A stretch of 35,554 nt of DNA. It comes from Parcubacteria group bacterium (GTDB lineage Bacteria > Patescibacteriota > Minisyncoccia > UBA6257 > UBA11618). The stretch is taken from the NCBI GenBank assembly GCA_943357895.1, contig CALRGO010000005.1, positions 1-35,554 of the forward strand, given 5' to 3'. Numbering within the stretch: the first letter of the stretch is position 1; every line of letters begins with the position of its first letter. Shown piece after piece: positions 28,416 through 35,554 of this stretch. The notes beneath the pieces are model-generated. The model was not told where the DNA came from and made no database searches. It was given only the letters and a program-made list of their open reading frames with translations. A program made the translations under genes and the position numbers.

Positions 28416-29810
28416 TTATGTGATACGCGGAAAAAGCATCCCCGTCTCACCTGCTTTAATTTTAGCCGCCGTATTCGGTAGAAAAGGCGCCAGTAAATCC
28501 GCTAGTGCCGTAAGTAGCGCCAAGCCGTTGCCGATAGCGATATTTTTATCGGCTTCCGCCACTTCTTTATCCCACGGCTTCTTTTCGTTCATGTACTGAT
28601 TAGCAAACGTTATAAGGTCCCACACGCCCGCCACCGCCTCGTGTAAAGCGTATCCACCCATTTTTACGCGCACTGCCGCCCGCGCCCTCGTTATCGCTTC
28701 TACCACCGCATCTTCGGGCGCGATAGCTGCCGTAACGCCCGCGCGCACGGCAAGCGCCGTGACACGCGCCGCAAAATTACCTAAGCCGTTTACGAGGTCC
28801 GCCGTATACCGCGCCTCGAACCTCGCTACGCTGAAGTCGCCGTCGTCCGTGGGTGGAATTTCGCGCAATAAGTAGTACCGCACGGCGTCCGCGCCGTATT
28901 TTTTTACGAGCTCAAAGGGGTCGACAACGTTGCCGAGCGTCTTCGACATCTTTTGGCCTTCCGCCGTTATATGCCCGTGGACGAAAAGCGCCTTTGGTAA
29001 GGGCATCTGCGCCGATAAAAGCATCGCCGGCCAGTAAAGCGCGTGGAAGCGCAAAATATCTTTACCGATACAATGTATATCTGCCGGCCACCGGCCCTGC
29101 GGAAACAAATAATTTACCAAGGCGTCGCACCATACGTATATGGTTTGCGTATCGTCCTGTGGCACTGGCACGCCCCACGACAAGTCCTTACGCGGGCGGG
29201 AAAAACTAATGTCTTCCATCCCTTGATTGATGAAATTAATAATCTCCTTCGCCCTGCCGTGCGGAATTATCCGCAACTCGCCGGACTCGATGCGATGCTT
29301 AACCTCATCTGCGTATTTAGAAAGGCGGAAAAAATAATTTTCTTCTTCGATTACTTCGGGCGCCGCGTTATGGTCGCGGCATATACCATCTACCAGATCC
29401 TTTTCTGTCACAAACGCTTCGTGGCCCACACAGTAGAGCCCCGTGTACGTCTTTTTATATATATCGCCGGCCTCTACGAGCTTGTTCCAAACGGATACGA
29501 CGTTCGGCCAGTGCCGTGCAACGTCGGACGTACGGATAAAATCATCCCACGAAAGAGTAAGTGCTTCTTTTAATGCGCGGAATACTTGGGAATTTTTATC
29601 CGTGAGCTCGCGCGGTGTGATTCCCGCCGCTTCGGCAGCGCGAGCAATTTTTGCCCCATGTTCGTCCGTACCTGTCAGAAAAAATACATCGTCCCCCGCC
29701 TGCCTATGAAACCGCGCAATAGCATCCGCCTGCGTGATCTCCAACGCATGCCCTAAATGCGGCGCGCCGTTCACATATGCGATGGAAGTAGTTATATAAA
29801 ATTGAGGCAT
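28416..29810 (-). CDS. metG: methionyl-tRNA synthetase (short monomeric form)
   Basis: YVNGAPHLGH, GTDEHG, YVWCDAL and KMSKT. Confidence 0.97.
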   Translation of the reverse strand: MPQFYITTSIAYVNGAPHLGHALEITQADAIARFHRQAGDDVFFLTGTDEHGAKIARAAEAAGITPRELTDKNSQVFRALKEALTLSWDDFIRTSDVARHWPNVVSVWNKLVEAGDIYKKTYTGLYCVGHEAFVTEKDLVDGICRDHNAAPEVIEEENYFFRLSKYADEVKHRIESGELRIIPHGRAKEIINFINQGMEDISFSRPRKDLSWGVPVPQDDTQTIYVWCDALVNYLFPQGRWPADIHCIGKDILRFHALYWPAMLLSAQMPLPKALFVHGHITAEGQKMSKTLGNVVDPFELVKKYGADAVRYYLLREIPPTDDGDFSVARFEARYTADLVNGLGNFAARVTALAVRAGVTAAIAPEDAVVEAITRARAAVRVKMGGYALHEAVAGVWDLITFANQYMNEKKPWDKEVAEADKNIAIGNGLALLTALADLLAPFLPNTAAKIKAGETGMLFPRIT

Positions 29811-29821
29811 AGTAAAAATGA

Positions 29822-30853
29822 TTATAATCCCAAGCCGCGACGCTTGTGCTTGCTACTTGTCCAATCTTCCACCACCTCCTGTAAAAGCACTGCCGCGGGC
29901 ACGGCGAGTATCAACCCCGCAAAGCCGAACACGCCACCGCCGAGCATAAGGGCGATTATCACGACCGCAGGGTTAAGGTTAGTCGTAAAGCGCATGACGG
30001 ACGGCACCAAGACATGACTCTCCACCTGCTGGATGATGACGAAAAGTGCCAAGGTGTAGAGCGCGACGGTAAGGGAATTCGAAAGCGATATGAGGATAGC
30101 GACGCCGCCCGAAAATACCGGCCCTACGAACGGGATAATTTCAAACATACCAGCGAGGAGCGCAAGTAAGAGGGCGTAGTCTACATCTAAGAGCCATAAG
30201 CCGATGAATACTGAAATAGAAACGATAACGGAGAGTAGTACCTGTGCCTTGAGCCATTTGCCGATTTTGTGCCGCACGCGGAAGTATAAGTCGAGCGCGT
30301 AGTCTTCATATGCCGGCGGCACAGTCGCTAAAATAAATTTCTCCACACCATCCTGCCCAACTGTGAGATAGAAAGATAATACAAATACCGCAACCGCAAG
30401 GAATATACCGCCGAAGAGGAAGCTCGCAACGGCAAGAAGTGACACGTTACCGGTAATAAGAGAGTTAGCGAGTATATTAAAACGCTCGACGATGACATTC
30501 GTCACCTGCGAAATTTTTATGAAGCCAAGCGAACTATCGGCCCGCCCTTGAATACTCGTCGCATTGGCAATAAGGTTAGTGAATTCCGAAATAGCGATAG
30601 GCACAACGGCATAAATGAGGGCGGCCGCAAGCACCAGAAGCGTAGCAAAAATACCGAGCGCCCCCACGACACGCGGTATGCGCTTTTTCTGCAGCCACGT
30701 GATCGGCGCATCAAGCGCGGCGGCAATAACTATAGCGAGACAAAACCCGAGTATCACGTCGATCCCCTTATACACGACAAAAGCGAGCGCAACCGCCACT
30801 GCGATGCGCCATAAACTCTGCCATGTTATGTCAAATGGGTGCGACGGTTCCAT
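29822..30853 (-). CDS. AI-2E (PerM) family transporter
   Basis: Multi-TM protein with IIPFVGP, QQVESHVLVP and GLILAVP. Confidence 0.9.
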   Translation of the reverse strand: MEPSHPFDITWQSLWRIAVAVALAFVVYKGIDVILGFCLAIVIAAALDAPITWLQKKRIPRVVGALGIFATLLVLAAALIYAVVPIAISEFTNLIANATSIQGRADSSLGFIKISQVTNVIVERFNILANSLITGNVSLLAVASFLFGGIFLAVAVFVLSFYLTVGQDGVEKFILATVPPAYEDYALDLYFRVRHKIGKWLKAQVLLSVIVSISVFIGLWLLDVDYALLLALLAGMFEIIPFVGPVFSGGVAILISLSNSLTVALYTLALFVIIQQVESHVLVPSVMRFTTNLNPAVVIIALMLGGGVFGFAGLILAVPAAVLLQEVVEDWTSSKHKRRGLGL

Positions 30854-30873
30854 TATTAAGTAATACGATGATT

Positions 30874-32148
30874 CTACGCGAAACGCAATGCAGCTTTAAT
30901 GGTGGCTTCGTCCCCCACGGGGCCAATAACGGCTATATTTAAACGATCATTGGTAAAAATATCCTGCGCCACGGCACGAATATCCTCTCCTGTAACCGCC
31001 TCCAACTTTTCAACTAATTCCTGTGGTGACATTAAAGGCTCTCCTGCAATTTCTTGCGCGCCGTAAAACGAAGCGAGTTCGTCGGACGCTTCTAACCCCA
31101 ATATGATGCGGCCTACGAGATGGTTCTTCGCGCGCCGCAACTCCACCTCGGGAACAGGCTCGTTTTTCAACACCTCCATTTCTTCCAAAATGGCTTTTAC
31201 AACTGGTATGATTTTTGTCTGGTCGATGCCGGCGTTAATAGCGAGAAAGCCATGATCCGTAAATAAGTCGGCGCCTGCGCGTACGGAATATGCCGCGCCC
31301 ATTTCTTCGCGTATTTTTTGAAACAAGCGCGAGCTCATGCCGCCGCCCAAAATATCAGACAATACTTCGAGTGCGAAGCGGCGCTCGTCGAACGCCGAAA
31401 ACGCGCGACAGCCTAACATGATATGCGTCTGATCCACCGCTTTCTTTTTCATAAAAACCTGCGGACTAACTTGCGCCTCAGTTACCGCCGATTTGCCGGA
31501 CTTCGCCCCCGACATAATACCACCGAACGCGGCTTCGATTTTCTTTATGATTGAGGGCTCGTCGAACGACCCTGCTACGACGACCACCGTCGCCTGCGGA
31601 ACGTAATGCGCGCTACGATACGCGCTAAGCTGTTCTTTCGTAAGCGAACGCACAACTTCTTTCGTGCCGCCGATATCCCACCCTGCCGGCTGGTCGCCGT
31701 ACAAAAGCTCCATGAACAAGTCGCCGACTTTACGCATCGGTAAATCCTCGTACATATTAAGCTCTTCGATGACGACACCCTTCTCCTTTTCGATTTCCGG
31801 AGCGTCGAATACGGGGTTTAAGTACAGGTCAGACACGATGTCGAGCGCTTGATCAAGTTTATGCGCCTCAACTTTAGCGAAGTAACCGGTGTATTCCTGT
31901 GATGTAAAGGCATTGCATTCCGCTCCCAAGCCATCGAGCTCACCAGCGATATCTATCGCCCGTGGGCGCTTTACCGTGCCCTTAAAGCACATGTGCTCAA
32001 GAAAGTGCGACAACCCGCTAATTTCCTTGGTTTCATATTTAGAGCCAGCCTCCACTAAGACCAAAAAGGTCGTTGCAAGATCATCTTTTCTGGGGATTGT
32101 CAAAATCCGCAGGCCGTTTGTAAGGGTGGTTTTGGTGCAGGGACGCAT
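30874..32148 (-). CDS. M16-family zinc peptidase
   Basis: HFLEH inverted zincin motif, NAFT and GGGMSSRLF. Confidence 0.95.
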   Translation of the reverse strand: MRPCTKTTLTNGLRILTIPRKDDLATTFLVLVEAGSKYETKEISGLSHFLEHMCFKGTVKRPRAIDIAGELDGLGAECNAFTSQEYTGYFAKVEAHKLDQALDIVSDLYLNPVFDAPEIEKEKGVVIEELNMYEDLPMRKVGDLFMELLYGDQPAGWDIGGTKEVVRSLTKEQLSAYRSAHYVPQATVVVVAGSFDEPSIIKKIEAAFGGIMSGAKSGKSAVTEAQVSPQVFMKKKAVDQTHIMLGCRAFSAFDERRFALEVLSDILGGGMSSRLFQKIREEMGAAYSVRAGADLFTDHGFLAINAGIDQTKIIPVVKAILEEMEVLKNEPVPEVELRRAKNHLVGRIILGLEASDELASFYGAQEIAGEPLMSPQELVEKLEAVTGEDIRAVAQDIFTNDRLNIAVIGPVGDEATIKAALRFA

Positions 32149-32215
32149 AGTGCAAGCAACAATACACTGGAATCAGTAGCCAGTGCAACTTGACCAAAAA
32201 TAACTATTATTGCGA

Positions 32216-33550
32216 TTAAACTGCGAGTTTTTTAAGGATATAATCCTTCACGTCTGCAATCTGTATGCGCTCTTGTGCCATAGTATCCCTGTCGCGCACC
32301 GTTACCGCATTGTCGTTGATCGTTTCGAAGTCGAGGGTTATGCAAAACGGCGTGCCGATTTCGTCTTGCCTACGGTACCGCTTACCTATCGACTGCGTTT
32401 CGTCGTAGTCACACATAAATGCCTTACGCAATTCGGCATATAAGGGCTCTGCGATTTTTGCGAGTTCTTCTTTTTTAGAAAGCGGAAGAACAGCGGCTTT
32501 ATATGGCGCCATCCAGTACGGGAACTTCATTACAACGCGCACTTCTTTCTCGCCCTCCTCGGCAGTTGGCGCCTCGTCTTCGTGGTATGCCTCGAGCATG
32601 GCAACGAGCACCGTACGGTCCAAGCCAAACGTCGGCTCTATCACATGCGGCAAGAACTTCTCGCTGGTTTCAGGGTCGGTGTAGCGCATATCCCTCCCAC
32701 TCGCTTCCATATGGTTCTTTAAATCGAAGTCTGTGCGGTATGCGAGGCCGTATAATTCTTTACGGCCAAAGGGATAGTCATATTCAATGTCTATTGTGCG
32801 CTTCGAGTAATGCGCACGCTCGCCGTCCTCAATGTCCTTAACGTAGTAATGCTCTTTTTTAACGCCGCAATGCGCGAGCCATGCGTGCATTTCTTCCAAC
32901 CAGTATTCAAAATGCTTTTCCCACTCGACTTCACGCACGAAGTACTCGAATTCCATTAAGTCGAATTCGCGGGTGCGGAAAATAAAATTACCGGGGGTAA
33001 TTTCGTTACGGAAAACGCGACCTTGTGCGGCGATACCAAACGGCAAACGGCGACGCATGGTCTGCGCCACAGCCGGAAAGTCCACAAACATACCCTGCGC
33101 CAATTCGCCGCGCAGATATGCCTGCGACTGCGCGTCTTCCGTAGCGCCTAAAAATGTTTTAAATAAAAGATTAAACTGCCGTGCTTCGCCAAGTTCTCCC
33201 CCGCACGACGGACACTTTCCATCTATACTGCCTGTCCCGAGCGATTCGAGGGAATCCGCACGAAAACGCTCGTGGCATTTTTTGCATTCCACTAGTGGAT
33301 CAGCAAACTGCTTAACGTGGCCACTCGCCTCCCATACCTTCGGGCTCATTACGAGCGCGGCGTCGATGCCCACCATGTCCGTACGCTGTCGCACAAAACG
33401 GTTCCACCACTCATCCTTAATATTCTTTTTAAGCTCCACGCCAAGCGGGCCATAATCCCACGAATTAGCTAAGCCGCCGTAAATCTCCGAGCCGGCAAAA
33501 ACAAAACCGCGTCGCTTCGCCAAATTCGTTATTTTTTCCATCAAGTCCAT
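32216..33550 (-). CDS. glyQS: glycyl-tRNA synthetase (alpha2 type)
   Basis: IYGG, YGPLG, FRNEI, FRTREF, IEPTFG and IGKRYRRQDEIGTP. Confidence 0.97.
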   Translation of the reverse strand: MDLMEKITNLAKRRGFVFAGSEIYGGLANSWDYGPLGVELKKNIKDEWWNRFVRQRTDMVGIDAALVMSPKVWEASGHVKQFADPLVECKKCHERFRADSLESLGTGSIDGKCPSCGGELGEARQFNLLFKTFLGATEDAQSQAYLRGELAQGMFVDFPAVAQTMRRRLPFGIAAQGRVFRNEITPGNFIFRTREFDLMEFEYFVREVEWEKHFEYWLEEMHAWLAHCGVKKEHYYVKDIEDGERAHYSKRTIDIEYDYPFGRKELYGLAYRTDFDLKNHMEASGRDMRYTDPETSEKFLPHVIEPTFGLDRTVLVAMLEAYHEDEAPTAEEGEKEVRVVMKFPYWMAPYKAAVLPLSKKEELAKIAEPLYAELRKAFMCDYDETQSIGKRYRRQDEIGTPFCITLDFETINDNAVTVRDRDTMAQERIQIADVKDYILKKLAV

Positions 33551-33573
33551 GCGTTTTTATACCATGCAACCGC

Positions 33574-35265
33574 CTATTGGACAATTCCCTGCCCTGCCGC
33601 CGTTGCGTCGTCTGGCAAGGCTGTTGTTACTTCGGGTGCCGAAGAATGAATAACAATACCGGTAAAGTCATCTGTTGCGGATAAATCCGTAACGCCTAAA
33701 AGCGGCGCGTTCTTTCCCTTCATGTCCGCAGTCGGCACCGAAGATAACTGGAACACTGCCTCTGGTGCCGTACCTAACAGGCCCGTGGTTGCTGAAATAC
33801 GGTCGAGCCGCCACACGACTTCGCGCGTTGCAAGGTCGTATACCGGCTTGCCGTCTACGTTCGATTTTACCGCACCCGTAAACGTAACGCCCTGTGGCAC
33901 TTTCGCACGCACGGTAACCCCGCGCACGTCTGTTGCGTAGTTTGTTAACTTCCAGTGCACGGTATATTCCGTAAGGTTACCGACTTTCGGCGGCACCATG
34001 CCCTTATTCACGATACCCGACGCCGCGTCGCGGAAGTAACCGCGCGACGAAACATCCGTTTGCCCCGCGAGCTTCGTTTCGTAATCGAGTGTGCCCACGG
34101 TCGTATCCGCCTTCACCTCACCATGCATCTTTAATATGAAATTGCGGTCGCCGAGCCGGCGAATACCATAATCATTTTTAACTTTTATAGAAAAACCAAC
34201 AGAACCGCCTTCGGTATCCGGCTTTGCCATATACCACGTAATGCGCGGCGCACCACCAGCACCGCGGCCGACCGTGCCGCCATCTACCGGCACAACTGTG
34301 GCGATATCAAACAACGGCGAAAGTAAATCGGCCGTCATAGTAAGCCCGCCGCGCGGTGCCTTTAAGCCGTCCATAGTGTATGAGAGCGTATATGAAAGCG
34401 TATCGCCCAAATGCGCCACATAATCCGGCTGGTCGTTCACGTCGGCAAGCACAACAAGTGGCGCGGCCTCTACTTCAACGGAGGTAGACCCCGTGGCTAT
34501 GGGGTATTTTGCAGAGCCCGTTGACCGGACCACGGAAACAGTAAACGGCGCACTACCCGCAGCCGTAAAACGCCCCTTAATTGCTAAACTATCTGCCGAC
34601 CCTTTTTTTAATCCGCCGATATTCCATACGTTATTGCCACTATCAGGATCGGTAGAAGCGGAGGCAAATACAAACGAACTAGGATACGTTATTTTCACCG
34701 CTAAACCGTCCAAATCCTCGCCGGTTTTATTGGCATACGCTATGGTAATTTCGATCTGCTCGCCGCTTGCGGCTTTTTCGGGTGCCGTGACTGCAAGCTC
34801 AAAACCGGATGCGACGACTGGCGGCACCCACTCTTCCGTTTTTTCGAATACCGCGGAGCTGCCGGCTTGGACGTACGACAATTGAGCTTGGAATGAATCG
34901 ACCGGACCCACTATAGCGTCTACGCCATCCGGAAGCTCAGCGACTGCCATTACGGTAAACGGAATTTCGATAAACGAACCAACACCGACGTCGCCGACCT
35001 GCTTTACCATAAAGCTCGTGCCGAGAGAGTCATTCGCAAAAACGAATCCCGCAGGGAGCGAAAGCGAAAGTGATGCGCCCCTCCATACCGCCGCGGATGA
35101 ATTACCCACGCCAATAACAAGCTCAAAAGGCGCCCCGTAGGCAATCTTTTCCGGCCCCTTGAATACTATTTGCACGCCCGCAGAGCTACCACCTAAAAAT
35201 AAAAAATAATATGCCGCGCATCCGGCAATAACGACACCGAGAGTCCACCCCCAAAAGCCCTTCAT
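33574..35265 (-). CDS. membrane-anchored beta-sandwich (DUF11-like) protein
   Basis: N-terminal TM segment from MKGFWG followed by repeated Ig-like strand patterns. Confidence 0.75.
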   Translation of the reverse strand: MKGFWGWTLGVVIAGCAAYYFLFLGGSSAGVQIVFKGPEKIAYGAPFELVIGVGNSSAAVWRGASLSLSLPAGFVFANDSLGTSFMVKQVGDVGVGSFIEIPFTVMAVAELPDGVDAIVGPVDSFQAQLSYVQAGSSAVFEKTEEWVPPVVASGFELAVTAPEKAASGEQIEITIAYANKTGEDLDGLAVKITYPSSFVFASASTDPDSGNNVWNIGGLKKGSADSLAIKGRFTAAGSAPFTVSVVRSTGSAKYPIATGSTSVEVEAAPLVVLADVNDQPDYVAHLGDTLSYTLSYTMDGLKAPRGGLTMTADLLSPLFDIATVVPVDGGTVGRGAGGAPRITWYMAKPDTEGGSVGFSIKVKNDYGIRRLGDRNFILKMHGEVKADTTVGTLDYETKLAGQTDVSSRGYFRDAASGIVNKGMVPPKVGNLTEYTVHWKLTNYATDVRGVTVRAKVPQGVTFTGAVKSNVDGKPVYDLATREVVWRLDRISATTGLLGTAPEAVFQLSSVPTADMKGKNAPLLGVTDLSATDDFTGIVIHSSAPEVTTALPDDATAAGQGIVQ

Positions 35266-35288
35266 GTAGTTCGTATGATAGCGTGCCC

Positions 35289-35554
35289 TTATAAGCGCAC
35301 GCAATCGGCTGCGACGGCACGCTGTGGCAAACAGCTACCGCACAGGAATAACTGCGTGCGGAACGAAAAATAATCAGGGTTACCACCACACCATTCGCAC
35401 GCGGCAAAGGTAGGGTCGTACCCGAGCACAGCAAGCAAGGCCTGCGGCGCAGGTGGAACTTTTTCAGATAACAATGCCCATAGCTCTTCGTCCGGCTCCC
35501 ACTCGGGCGCGAGCTCGCGCACAATACGCGCATTCATAAGCGAAGCAAGCGGCA
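35289..35554 (-). CDS. recO: DNA repair protein RecO, C-terminal part (5' end outside the window)
   Basis: LLAVLGY-P, CEWCG...LCGSC Zn finger, frame open to the window edge, upstream of glyQS. Confidence 0.7.
   Translation of the reverse strand, partial: PLASLMNARIVRELAPEWEPDEELWALLSEKVPPAPQALLAVLGYDPTFAACEWCGGNPDYFSFRTQLFLCGSCLPQRAVAADCVRL

Noticed and set aside
7913-34885. Many antisense ORFs opposite housekeeping genes
   Set aside because: They are shadow ORFs with no motifs or expression signals.

Overview
This looks like a fragment of a Patescibacteria (CPR, probably Parcubacteria-like) genome using genetic code 11, with most genes on the minus strand. It holds a type IV pilin locus edge and a stand-alone 16S rRNA gene (about 2915-5760, minus) with no linked tRNA or 23S. 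The 16S is interrupted by a group I intron with a LAGLIDADG endonuclease after U1498 and by an ORF-less, atypical group IIC-like intron at about 1399/1400. Housekeeping genes include rpmE, an N-terminally shortened prfA, rplY, fba, a PfkB kinase, alaS, rpoD, dnaG, rpmB, tRNA-Pro, a two-component pair, rpsR-ssb-rpsF, tatD, metG, an M16 peptidase, glyQS and a partial recO. Main oddities: (1) the 16S 3' tail lacks the anti-Shine-Dalgarno CCUCC and many core genes look leaderless, yet four self-contained orphan cassettes (five ORFs) carry canonical SD sites, sigma70 promoters, a shared leader motif and terminators; (2) the group II intron has non-canonical ends and a guide loop complementary to both exons; (3) an unassigned promoter/terminator-bounded structured RNA lies next to rpoD; (4) a surface-protein gene is split by a single in-frame TAG; (5) short repeats are inserted in-frame into essential enzymes. 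All calls were made by eye, with no database searches.
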